In this document: in pieces, positions 49,013 to 58,031 of the stretch
How positions within the stretch are numbered: position 1 is the first letter of the stretch
How the letters are laid out: each line of letters opens with the position of its first letter
Source: Capsulimonadaceae bacterium
GTDB lineage: Bacteria; Armatimonadota; Armatimonadia; Armatimonadales; Capsulimonadaceae
Length of the DNA: 64,000 bases
Assembly (NCBI GenBank): GCA_965215505.1
Contig: OZ244065.1
Span: 160,001-224,000 of the forward strand
Direction of reading: 5' to 3'
The notes under the pieces: generated by a model
Database searches by the model: none
Told to the model about the DNA's origin: nothing
The model's input: only the letters and a program-made list of their open reading frames with translations
Position numbers and translations under genes: made by a program

Positions 49013-50572
49013 ATGCATACCGCCGCTCCCGCCGCCGTGAAAGCGCCTGAAAGCCGCTGGCCGTCCGCCCTGGCCCGTACCGGGGGTAGCCTGTCGGCCA
49101 TGCTGGGTCTGGTCGTACTCGTCGGCTGGTACACGCACAACCTCATTCTGCTGCGCCTGTCCCCCGCCTTCGTGGCGATGGCCTACAACACGGCCTTGTG
49201 CTTCCTGCTCTGCGGTCTGGGGCTTGCGGCCGTGACATGGGCGGGCCGGCAGGCGATGCGGCACCTCGCCTTGGTCTGCGGCGTCGGCGTGACCCTGGTC
49301 GGGCTGCTGACCTTGAGCGAGTATCTGTTCGGCGTCAGCCTCGGCCTCGACGAGCTGATGATGAAATCTTACATCCGGTCCGGCGTCACTGCGCCGGGCC
49401 GGATGGCGTTTTGCAGTGCCCTCTGCTTCTCCCTCGCGGGGACCTCCCTGTTGCTGCTCTGCTCGCGCCGCCTGCCGGCCCGCACGCCTTTGACGGCCGT
49501 GTCCGGCTTCGTGGTGGTCAGCCTCGGGGTGATCGCGCTCTCCGGCTACTTCACCGGGATCGTCCAGGGCTACGCCTGGGGCCAGTTCACGCGGATGGCC
49601 GTCCACACGGCCACCGGGTTCGTCGTCCTGGGCGGCGGGCTGGTCGCCGCCGCCTGGGCCGAGGAGCGGAGGGCGGAAGGGAACCCGGTGCGCTGGCTGC
49701 CGTTGTTCGTCGGGCTGGGCGCGGCCACGGTCGCCCTCTGCCTGTGGCAGGCGCTCGTCGTCGAGGAGAGCGCGCAGCTCGACCTCATCCGGCACCTGGC
49801 GGCGCAGAACACGCGGCTGCGCGTCGGCTCCCTCAGCCGCGCGCAGTCCCTGCTCCCGCTCGGCGCGCTGGTCGGCGGCCTGCTGCTGGCCGCGCTGCTG
49901 GCCTGGGCGGTCGCGCTGGCGCAGACCGCGCGGCGGCAGGCCGGGGAGCTGGGGGAGGCGCGCGACGGCCTGGAGCGGCGCGTGGAGGAGCGGACGGCGG
50001 CCCTGGCCGAGGCGAACGAGGCGCTGGCCGCCCTGGCGGGCTGGCAGCGCGGCTTCCTCCGGGACGTCCTTGCCAGCGTCACGGAAGGCAAGCTCCGCTT
50101 GTGTGACACCGCCGCCGAACTGCCCCCCATGCTGGGGGCGGACCGGGGGGAAACGATCACCCTGAACGGGAAAGGTGGTCTGCGGGATCTCCGCTGCCGG
50201 GCCATCGGCGCGGCGGAACGGGGCGGCCTGGCCGACGAACGGCTCCACGACCTGGTCACGGCAGTCAACGAGGCCGGGATGAACGCCATCGTCCACGCGG
50301 GGGAGGGCACGGCGCTCGTGTGCCTGGGACCGCAGGGCACCGTGCAGGTGTGGGTGGAAGACGCGGGCCAGGGCATCACCCTGGAGAACCTGCCGCGGGC
50401 GACCCTCGCGCGTGGCTTCACGACGGCGGGGACATTGGGGCACGGCCTGAAGATGATGCTTCAAACTGCCGACCGGCTGTGGCTGCTGACCGGACCGACC
50501 GGGACGACGGTCGTGCTGGAACAGGACCGGCATCCGCCGGGTCCCGCCTGGATGCAGGACGGGGTGGTCTAG
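49013..50572 (+). CDS. multi-TM sensor fused to an RsbW-type HATPase domain
   Basis: Seven to eight TMs with MA..TA..F repeats, a coiled coil (LERRVEERTA), and EAGMNAIVHAG, DAGQGI and LGHGL motifs. Confidence 0.8.
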   Translation: MHTAAPAAVKAPESRWPSALARTGGSLSAMLGLVVLVGWYTHNLILLRLSPAFVAMAYNTALCFLLCGLGLAAVTWAGRQAMRHLALVCGVGVTLVGLLTLSEYLFGVSLGLDELMMKSYIRSGVTAPGRMAFCSALCFSLAGTSLLLLCSRRLPARTPLTAVSGFVVVSLGVIALSGYFTGIVQGYAWGQFTRMAVHTATGFVVLGGGLVAAAWAEERRAEGNPVRWLPLFVGLGAATVALCLWQALVVEESAQLDLIRHLAAQNTRLRVGSLSRAQSLLPLGALVGGLLLAALLAWAVALAQTARRQAGELGEARDGLERRVEERTAALAEANEALAALAGWQRGFLRDVLASVTEGKLRLCDTAAELPPMLGADRGETITLNGKGGLRDLRCRAIGAAERGGLADERLHDLVTAVNEAGMNAIVHAGEGTALVCLGPQGTVQVWVEDAGQGITLENLPRATLARGFTTAGTLGHGLKMMLQTADRLWLLTGPTGTTVVLEQDRHPPGPAWMQDGVV

Positions 50573-50593
50573 AGCAGAAGGGGCTTGGCGCGA

Positions 50594-50628
50594 GAAGGCC
50601 GCAGGGGATCACGTCCCCTGCGGCCTTC
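50594..50628. terminator. 15-bp-stem hairpin between convergent genes
   Basis: GAAGGCCGCAGGGGA/TCCCCTGCGGCCTTC. Confidence 0.7.
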
Positions 50629-50647
50629 GATCATTTGACCGCTGAGG

Positions 50648-50755
50648 TCAGAACAGCCCCGTGACCAGCTTAACGATCACGACGGCGATCACTTCCACGA
50701 TGATGGCCGCCAGAAACTGCCAATTAAACACACGCTTGCGGAATAGTGCAGCCAT
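50648..50755 (-). CDS. 35-aa single-TM small protein (type I toxin-like)
   Basis: MAALFRKRVFNWQFLAAIIVEVIAVVIVKLVTGLF*, with GGAGGAG RBS, TATGAT -10 at 50800-50805 and a downstream hairpin; too short for the ORF track. Confidence 0.7.
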   Translation of the reverse strand: MAALFRKRVFNWQFLAAIIVEVIAVVIVKLVTGLF

Positions 50756-50828
50756 GAACACGCTCCTCCGAAATCCTGAATGACTTTGTTGACACTCTTA
50801 TCATACCGAACTCGGGTGCCCCAGCCCA

Positions 50829-50888
50829 TTAAGAGGAGATTAAGTTTTGGTTAAGAGCCGGTTAAGTTTATGTTAAGAAAATGTTAAG
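50829..50888. promoter_or_regulatory. six TTAAG direct repeats at exact 11-bp period (OmpR/PhoB-type, Pho-box-like array)
   Basis: TTAAG starts at 50829, 50840, 50851, 50862, 50873 and 50884. Confidence 0.75.
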
Positions 50889-50992
50889 AGATTTTGGCCG
50901 GACGCGCGTTTTTTGTACGTTTTGGGGTACAAAGAAACATATTTTCCGGGGATGGTACAAGGCCACTCACCGGCGGGAGGTAACACTTTATC

Positions 50993-51373
50993 ATGGCTCT
51001 GGAAGACTTCATGGAACCCGAGGTCGGAGTGGCGGTCGCGCTCACGGCGGCGGTGGCATCCCCCCAGGTCCGCAGCGTCCTGCGGCGCGGCGCGGTCTAC
51101 GGGCTGGCCGGGATACTCATGGCCGGGGACGCCGTTTCCTCTCTCGCCCAGGGCGTCAAGCGCGGCGCGCAGAAGGCGGCGGAGGCGACCGAAGCGCCTG
51201 TCGCGGCCGTGACCGAGACGGCCGCGCCCGAGATTCTGAGCGCGGAGGTCCTGACGGCCACGCCCGCCGAGCCGACGTCTGAGGCCGCCTCACCCGTCAC
51301 TGAGGCGACGGAAGCGGCACCGGCCGCGCCCAAGCGGACGCGGAAGACGGCGGAGGCGGCGGACAATGAGTGA
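50993..51373 (+). CDS. small membrane-associated protein (DUF5132/FezA-like N-terminus)
   Basis: GGAGGT RBS; GVAVALTAAVASPQVRSVLRRGAVYGLAG. Confidence 0.65.
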   Translation: MALEDFMEPEVGVAVALTAAVASPQVRSVLRRGAVYGLAGILMAGDAVSSLAQGVKRGAQKAAEATEAPVAAVTETAAPEILSAEVLTATPAEPTSEAASPVTEATEAAPAAPKRTRKTAEAADNE

Positions 51374-51731
51374 GACGACCAACGGCACCGCAAGCGGTGG
51401 CGGCTCGCCATCCCTGTTCGGCCGGGCCGAAACACTGCTGGGCGGCCTGGGGGCGCGGCTGAAAGACGTCCGCGCGAACATGACCGAAGCGCCGGTCACG
51501 GCGGTCGAAGCCCCCTTCTGTGATGCCGCTGAGGCGGTGACGCGGGCCGAGGCGAAGATGCGCCCCGCCACGGAGCGGGCCGAAGAGACGCTGGACCAGG
51601 CGGGCGAGCGGCTTGGCCTCTTCGCCGCCACGGTCGGGCAGCGGCTCCGCAAGGCCGTCGCCCTGGCGCGCGAGGAGGCCGAAGACATTTTGGCCGAGGC
51701 GCAGAGCCTCCGCCGCAAAGACGCCGCTTAA
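51366..51731 (+). CDS. small helical hypothetical protein (DUF5132-like C-terminal EDILAEAQ)
   Basis: Overlaps the upstream gene; amphipathic helices. Confidence 0.65.
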   Translation: MSETTNGTASGGGSPSLFGRAETLLGGLGARLKDVRANMTEAPVTAVEAPFCDAAEAVTRAEAKMRPATERAEETLDQAGERLGLFAATVGQRLRKAVALAREEAEDILAEAQSLRRKDAA

Positions 51732-51839
51732 GGTGCCCGCCCTCTGAAACCGTTAGGCCGGAAACGGGCCGCTTCGTGCAGCCCGTTTCTTTTGTTTTGC
51801 TTCTCGCTTGTTTTGCTCCTTGCCAGGAACTTTCTCCCC

Positions 51840-54800
51840 ATGAGCGTCGCCCTTGCCCCACCCCCGAGCCTTGTCCACAGCGTACCGGGCCGCGTCCGCG
51901 TACACCTGCCCGATCTGTCGGCGGAGAACCGGCGCGAATTGGAAAACACGCTGCGGCACCAGCCCGGCATCCAGAGTGTGCAGGCGAACCCCGACACGGG
52001 CAACGTGCTGATCCGCTTTGCGCCCGGCTCGACCGATCCCCGCGCGGTCCTGGACATGGTGAGCGCCGCCGCCCGGCGGCCCGCCCCGGCCTCGCGGAAC
52101 GGTCATCGGAATGGCTACCGGAACGGGCAGGGGCCGGTGCCCGCGCCTGCGATCAAGCCTGCGCCGACCGCGCCGCCCGCCGTGGAGGAGCGCGAGGGGC
52201 AGACGCGGCGGGCACGGATCGCCGTGCGCGGTCTGGACCGGGACCCGGAAACGGCGCGGCGCGTCGTGGAGCATCTGGAGCGGCTGCCAGGCGTTCGGGC
52301 GCGGGCGAACGTCCTCACGGGGCGCGTCCTGGTGGAATGGACCTCGCACCAACTGGACATCGAAGACCTCATCTCCGAGGTCGCGAACGTCGAGCTGCCC
52401 GACCTGCCGGGCGAGGACCGGCCTACGCACCCGCTGGACCCCGCCCCCCTTCAGCAGAGCGCCACGCGGCTGGCCGCCTCCGCCCTGGGCCTGAGCCTGC
52501 TGGCCATGCAGCGGTTCACGGGGCAGGCACCGCTTGCGGGCGGCCCGGCCCTGTCCTATGCCGGGGGAGCGATCCATGTCGTGCAGGCTTTCCCGCCGCT
52601 CCGCGACGGGCTGAAGTCATTGGTAGGCCGCGATGCCGCCATTCTCCTGCTCGGCCTGCCCGACATCCTCATCTCCGCCCTCACCGGCAGCCCCTTCTCG
52701 CTCGCCCTGGCTGCCGCCACCTCGCTGCGCCTGCTGACCGAAGTGGTCGCGCGGCGGGCGTCCTGGCGGCGCTATGAGGAGCGGCTGACGGACTCGGCTT
52801 CGGCCCAGCCGGGCGCGACGATCCGCCTGGAGTCCGGCGAGCGGACGCCGCTGGCGGCCCAGGTCGTGGAAGGGCAGGGGACGGCTTCGGGTCAGAACGG
52901 CCTGCCGCTCGCCGTCACGCCCGGCGCGACCGTCCCCGCCGGGGCGCGGCTGACCGGCGGGCCGTTCGTGCTGGAACTGGCTCCGGGCCGATCCTGGACG
53001 CCCGCGCCGCGCCCCGTCCCCGCCGCGCCCACGGTGTACGACCGCTACCAGCAGGCGACCGGGATCGTCTCCCTCGTCTTCGCGGCGGGCCTGGGGATCG
53101 TCACGCGCTCGCCGTCCCAGGCCTTCGCCGCCCTGCTGCTTGTCAACCCGCGCCCCGCCCTGATCGGGCGGGAGGGGGCCAACCTGAGCGCGGCGGCCCG
53201 CGCCCTGCGGGCGGGCGTCCTGGTCGTCGGGACGCGGCCCGACCGCTCGGTACGCCGCCCCGACTTCCTGATTCTGGACGGCCCACGCCTGCTGACGAAC
53301 GGCTTGGAGCTGACCGCCCTGCTGCCGCTGACCGAGGCACTCGAACCCGCCGAGCTTCAGGGGCTTGCGTCGGGCGTGGACGCCGCCGCCGGCTCGCCCT
53401 GGGGGGCGACCTTCCCGCCCGCAGGCCGGGCGGAAGCCTCGGACGGGCGATTTGACGGCCACACGGCCTCGGCCACGGTCGAGGGCGGGCGGTGGACTTT
53501 GGGGCCGGCGGATTCGCCCGAGCCGGGTTCCGCGCTGGCCCGCCTGACCGAGCGCGGCGACTTCCTGCTCGCGCTGGGGCACGACGGGCAAGAAAACCCG
53601 CTGGCGGTGCTTGCCCTGCGTCCCCGGCTCGTCCCCGGCGTCGCCGGGCTGGTCCAGACCTGCCGCCGGTACGGCGTCCAGATCATCCTGCGCGCCGACG
53701 AGGACTCGCCGACCGCCCAGGCGGTGGCCCGGCGGGTCGGGATGACCCTGACCGTGGCGGGCGACATGGCGGCGATCCGGCAGCGGCAGGCGTCGGGCGC
53801 GCGCGTCGCCTTCGTCTCGGACAGCGCGGACGCGGCGGAAGCGTTCGCCGCCTGCGACTTGGGCGTCGGCCTGTCGTCGGGACGGAGCGGCCGGTTCCCG
53901 GCCCGCGCGGACCTGCTGGCACCGGACCTGACCGGCATCACCGCCGTCATCGAGGCGGGCGCGCGGCGCGAGGCCGCCGTGCTGGACTCGGTCGGCCTCT
54001 CGCTCGTCTCCAACGTCGTCGGCGCGGTGCTTGGCGTGCGCGGCGGCATCGGCATCGAGACTGCTTCGCGCGTCGTCTACGTGGCGGCTTTGGCCGCGAT
54101 GGCGGACGGCTGGGCGCGGCTGCGCGGCGGGGAGCGCCCGCAGTCGGTCACGGCGCGGCTCGTAGACCCGAAGCCGGAACGGTGGGGACGGCGCAGCGCG
54201 GAAGACGCCCTGGCCGCACTCGGCGCGACCCCCGAGGGGCTGACCACGGCACAAGCCCTGGAACGCCGCCGGTCGGCCCCGAAGATTTCGCGGCGCAACG
54301 TGTTCCTGGATGCGGTCTGGGACCAGATGCGCTCGCCGCTCATCGGAATCCTGGCGGCCGGGGCGGGCCTGTCCCTCTTCCTCGGCTCGCCGCTCGACTT
54401 CGCTCTGATCGGCGCGACCATCCTGGCGAACGTCGCCGTCGGCGCGTGGCAGGAGCGGCAGGCGGGGCAGGCCGCGTTGGCGCTGGAGCAGATGGGCCGC
54501 GCGACCGCGACGGTGGTGCGCGACGGCGCGGTGACGGAGATCCCCGCCGGCGAGGTCGTGCCGGGCGACATCCTGCTGCTGGCTTCGGGGGACCGCGTGG
54601 CTGCCGACGCCCGGATGCTGGAATCGAGTGCCTTGGAGGTGGACGAGGCGGCTCTGACCGGCGAGTCCCTGCCCGTGTTCAAAGCGCCGGAGGGCGGCAC
54701 GGACACGAGCCGGATCGTTTTGGAAGGCAGCGACGTCACGACGGGCAAGGGCCGCGCCCTGGTCGTCGCGGTCGGCAAAGACACGCGGCTGGGGGCGACG

Positions 54801-56783
54801 GCGGCGGCGCTGGCTCTGGACGACGCGGAGCAAAGCCCGCTGGGCTTGCGCCTGGGCCGCCTGATGAAGCAGTTCCTGCCCCTGGCGGGCATCGGCGGCG
54901 GCCTGGTCGTCGGCGCGGGCCTGCTGCGCGGCCAGCCCCTCCTGCCGCAAGTCGCGGTCGGCGCGACTATCGCCCTCGCCTCCGTCCCGGAAGGTCTGCC
55001 GCTGCTTGCGGGCATGGGCGAGGCCGCCGTCGCGCGCCGCCTGGCGGGCCGCAAGGCCCTGGTGCGCCGCCTGTCCGCCGTGGAGGCCTTGGGCCGCGTG
55101 GATGTGGCCTGCACCGACAAGACGGGGACGCTGACCGAGGGCAAGCTGGCCCTCGGCCTGGTCGCCTCGCCTGACGCCGAGGCCGCACTGCCGGGTAACC
55201 TGCCCGGCGGTCTGCGCCCCGTCCTGCTGGCGGCGGCCTGGGCCAGCCCGTCCCCGGACGCGCCGGATTTCGACTCGCACCCCACCGATGTCGCCGTCGT
55301 GCGCGGCGCACTGGACGCGGGGCTTGCCGAGGAGGTCCGGCAGGAGCGCCGGGCGGAAGCGCCGTTCGACCCGGCCCGCGCCTTCCACGCGACTCTGACG
55401 GCGGGGGCTTTGGCCGTCAAGGGCGCCCCCGAGGCCGTCACGCCGCGCTGCTCCCATGTCCGCAGGGGCGGGGAAGACGTGTCGCTGGACGAGGCGGGGC
55501 GCGAGGCCCTGCTGCAACAGGCGCACGACCTGGCCGGGCGCGGCCTCCGCATCCTGATGGTGGCCCAGGGCGGGCCGGAAGTCGGCGTTTCCGACCCGCA
55601 GGGGTTGACGGCACTCGGCTTCGTCGGCATCCGCGACCCGCTCCGGCTCACCGTCCACGCCGCCGTGCGGCGTTGCCACGAGGCGGGCATCCACGTCCTC
55701 ATGCTGACCGGCGACCACCCGGCCACGGCGCGGGCCATCGCGCGGGAGGCGGGCCTGCTGGACGACGGGCGCGAGGTGCTGACCAGCGCGGACATCGCGC
55801 ACCTCCAGAACAGCGAGCTGCACACGCGGCTGGACCGCGCCGCCGTCATCGCGCGGGCGACGCCGCTGGACAAGTTAAGGATCATCGAGAGCTTCCAGCA
55901 GCACGGCCACACGGTCGCCATGACCGGCGATGGCGTCAACGACGCCCCCGCCCTCCGCCTGGCGGACGTGGGTGTGGCGATGGGAAAAGGGGGAACCGAG
56001 GTCGCGCGTCAGGCCGCCGCCGTCGTCCTGGCCGACGACGATTTCGCGACACTCGTGGAGGCTCTGGTCGAGGGGCGCGGCTTCTGGCGCAACATGCGCC
56101 GCGCCCTGGGCCTGCTGCTCGGCGGCAACCTGGGCGAGCTGGGCCTGGTCGTCGGCGCGAGCCTCTTGGGCCTGGCCTCGCCGCTGACCACGCGGCAGAT
56201 ATTGGCCGTCAACCTCATCACGGACGCCCTGCCCGCCCTCTCGGTCGCCTTGCAGCGCCCCGAGAACCGGCACCTGGCTTCGCTCGCCCGCGAGGGCACG
56301 TCCGCCCTGGACGCGCCACTGCGGAACGATGTCCTGCGGCGCGGCGCGGCCACCACCGTGCCCGCCCTGGCCGCCTTCGCCCTGACACTTGCCGTCTCGG
56401 GGCTGCCGCAGGCGCGCACCGTCGCCTTCGCCAGCATCGTGGCGACGCAGCTCGCGCAGACGCTCAAAGCCGGCTGGATCGAGGGCGGCCTGACCCCCTC
56501 CGTCTTCGGCGCGGTCGGCGCGTCGGCGGCCTTCCTCGTCGCCGCCATCACCGTCCCCGCCCTGCGGACCGTCCTGACCCTGACCGTCCCGACGCCGCTC
56601 TCGGTGGCCCTGATCGGGGCGGGGTCCGTCGTCGCCATGATCGCCGGCGGCACGTCCTCCGCCCCCACGCCCGGCACGAATGGTACGACGCCGAGCCGCC
56701 AGCGGATACTGCCGTCCCCGCTGCCCCGCCCGCGCGCCCTGCTGCCTGCGCCGCCGAAGCTGCTGGCGGCAGCGGCGGTTTAG
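51840..56783 (+). CDS. giant P-type ATPase (CtpH/CtpI-like): HMA-like domains, degenerate P1B-like half and intact P2A-like half
   Basis: HSVPGRVRV and ANVLTGRVLV HMA2-like domains; C-half has TGES, PEGLP, DKTGTLT, KGAPE, GDGVNDAPAL and NLITDALPA. Confidence 0.9.
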   Translation: MSVALAPPPSLVHSVPGRVRVHLPDLSAENRRELENTLRHQPGIQSVQANPDTGNVLIRFAPGSTDPRAVLDMVSAAARRPAPASRNGHRNGYRNGQGPVPAPAIKPAPTAPPAVEEREGQTRRARIAVRGLDRDPETARRVVEHLERLPGVRARANVLTGRVLVEWTSHQLDIEDLISEVANVELPDLPGEDRPTHPLDPAPLQQSATRLAASALGLSLLAMQRFTGQAPLAGGPALSYAGGAIHVVQAFPPLRDGLKSLVGRDAAILLLGLPDILISALTGSPFSLALAAATSLRLLTEVVARRASWRRYEERLTDSASAQPGATIRLESGERTPLAAQVVEGQGTASGQNGLPLAVTPGATVPAGARLTGGPFVLELAPGRSWTPAPRPVPAAPTVYDRYQQATGIVSLVFAAGLGIVTRSPSQAFAALLLVNPRPALIGREGANLSAAARALRAGVLVVGTRPDRSVRRPDFLILDGPRLLTNGLELTALLPLTEALEPAELQGLASGVDAAAGSPWGATFPPAGRAEASDGRFDGHTASATVEGGRWTLGPADSPEPGSALARLTERGDFLLALGHDGQENPLAVLALRPRLVPGVAGLVQTCRRYGVQIILRADEDSPTAQAVARRVGMTLTVAGDMAAIRQRQASGARVAFVSDSADAAEAFAACDLGVGLSSGRSGRFPARADLLAPDLTGITAVIEAGARREAAVLDSVGLSLVSNVVGAVLGVRGGIGIETASRVVYVAALAAMADGWARLRGGERPQSVTARLVDPKPERWGRRSAEDALAALGATPEGLTTAQALERRRSAPKISRRNVFLDAVWDQMRSPLIGILAAGAGLSLFLGSPLDFALIGATILANVAVGAWQERQAGQAALALEQMGRATATVVRDGAVTEIPAGEVVPGDILLLASGDRVAADARMLESSALEVDEAALTGESLPVFKAPEGGTDTSRIVLEGSDVTTGKGRALVVAVGKDTRLGATAAALALDDAEQSPLGLRLGRLMKQFLPLAGIGGGLVVGAGLLRGQPLLPQVAVGATIALASVPEGLPLLAGMGEAAVARRLAGRKALVRRLSAVEALGRVDVACTDKTGTLTEGKLALGLVASPDAEAALPGNLPGGLRPVLLAAAWASPSPDAPDFDSHPTDVAVVRGALDAGLAEEVRQERRAEAPFDPARAFHATLTAGALAVKGAPEAVTPRCSHVRRGGEDVSLDEAGREALLQQAHDLAGRGLRILMVAQGGPEVGVSDPQGLTALGFVGIRDPLRLTVHAAVRRCHEAGIHVLMLTGDHPATARAIAREAGLLDDGREVLTSADIAHLQNSELHTRLDRAAVIARATPLDKLRIIESFQQHGHTVAMTGDGVNDAPALRLADVGVAMGKGGTEVARQAAAVVLADDDFATLVEALVEGRGFWRNMRRALGLLLGGNLGELGLVVGASLLGLASPLTTRQILAVNLITDALPALSVALQRPENRHLASLAREGTSALDAPLRNDVLRRGAATTVPALAAFALTLAVSGLPQARTVAFASIVATQLAQTLKAGWIEGGLTPSVFGAVGASAAFLVAAITVPALRTVLTLTVPTPLSVALIGAGSVVAMIAGGTSSAPTPGTNGTTPSRQRILPSPLPRPRALLPAPPKLLAAAAV

Positions 56784-56834
56784 GAGAAGATATAGAAGGA
56801 GGGGCGGGGTCTCCCCGCCCTTCTCTCCGCCCAC

Positions 56835-58031
56835 CTACTTTCCCGCCCGCGCCGTCACGATCTCCTCCTTGGCGGCCCACTGCGCGATGTCCTGGCGGTT
56901 GATGGCGGCGGCCATGAGGGGCGGGAACTGGTCCGGGGTGCAGGCGAAGACGGGGATGCCCATGCCGGCCAGGGTCTGGGCGTTGCCGTGCTCGTAGCTC
57001 GGGGCACCGTCGTCGCTCAGGGCCAGCAGGACGATGACCTGGACGCCCGAGGCGGCAAACGCGCCGAGGCGCTTGATCATGTCCGCGCTGCCTCCTCCTT
57101 CATACAGGTCGGTGATCAGGACCAGGATCGTGTCCTGGGGCCGGCGGACCACCCCCTGGCAGTAGGCGAGGGCGCGCGGGGTGTCGTTGCCGCCGCCGAG
57201 CTGTGTCCCGAACAGCAGGTCCACGGGGTCGTGCAGCTCTTCGGTCAGGTCCACCACGGCCGTGTCATAGACCACCAGGCGCGTCTGGAGCGCGGGCAGC
57301 GAGGCCAGGACGGCCCCGAAGATGCCGGCGTAGACGATGGAGGTCGCCATGGAGCCGCTCTGGTCCACGCACAGGACGACGTCGCGCAGGGCACCTCGTT
57401 TGCGCCCATAGCCGATGCGCGTCTCGGGAATGATCGTCTTGTAGTCGGCCTGGTAGTGCTTGAGGTTGGCGCGGATCGTCCGGTTCCAGTCAATCTCATT
57501 GTGCCGGGGGCGGCGGCTGCGCGCCGCGCGGTTGAGGCTGCCCGTGACCGCCTGCCGCAGCGGGCTGGCGAGCCGCTTCTGCAAGTCATCCACCACGCGC
57601 TGCACCACCTGGCGGGCGGTGTCCCTGGTCTTGGCCGGGATGACCCCTTTGAGGGCGAGCAGGGTCGCCACGAGATGCACGTCCGGCTCCATGTTCGCCA
57701 GCATCTCGGGTTCAAGCAGCATCTGCTTCAGATTCAGCCGCTCCAGGGCGTCCTGCTGCATGACGCGGACGACCGAGGAGGGGAAGTAGGTGCGGATGTC
57801 GCCCAGCCAGCGCGAGACCGAGGGCTGTGACGCCCCCATGCCGACGTTGCGGTTGTCCTTCTCCCCACTCCCGCCGCGCGAAAACCCGCCCCCGCCATAG
57901 AGTGCGGCCAGGGCGCGGTCCATGGCGAGGTCGTCGCCCGCCAGCCCCGTCCCCGTGCCCTCGCCGTCCCCGCCGCCCAGGAGCAGCCGCCAGCGCCGCA
58001 GGCGCTCCATGTCTTGTGTCTCGGTCGTCAT
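56835..58031 (-). CDS. VWA (CoxE-type) domain protein, YehP-like
   Basis: RRWRLLLG, DQSGSM MIDAS, GGGND, ITDLYEG and FACTP motifs. Confidence 0.9.
   Translation of the reverse strand: MTTETQDMERLRRWRLLLGGGDGEGTGTGLAGDDLAMDRALAALYGGGGFSRGGSGEKDNRNVGMGASQPSVSRWLGDIRTYFPSSVVRVMQQDALERLNLKQMLLEPEMLANMEPDVHLVATLLALKGVIPAKTRDTARQVVQRVVDDLQKRLASPLRQAVTGSLNRAARSRRPRHNEIDWNRTIRANLKHYQADYKTIIPETRIGYGRKRGALRDVVLCVDQSGSMATSIVYAGIFGAVLASLPALQTRLVVYDTAVVDLTEELHDPVDLLFGTQLGGGNDTPRALAYCQGVVRRPQDTILVLITDLYEGGGSADMIKRLGAFAASGVQVIVLLALSDDGAPSYEHGNAQTLAGMGIPVFACTPDQFPPLMAAAINRQDIAQWAAKEEIVTARAGK

Noticed and set aside
50789-50794. TTGACA as the -35 of an antisense (antitoxin) promoter
   Set aside because: No -10 at 16-18 bp spacing, and it points away from the small ORF.
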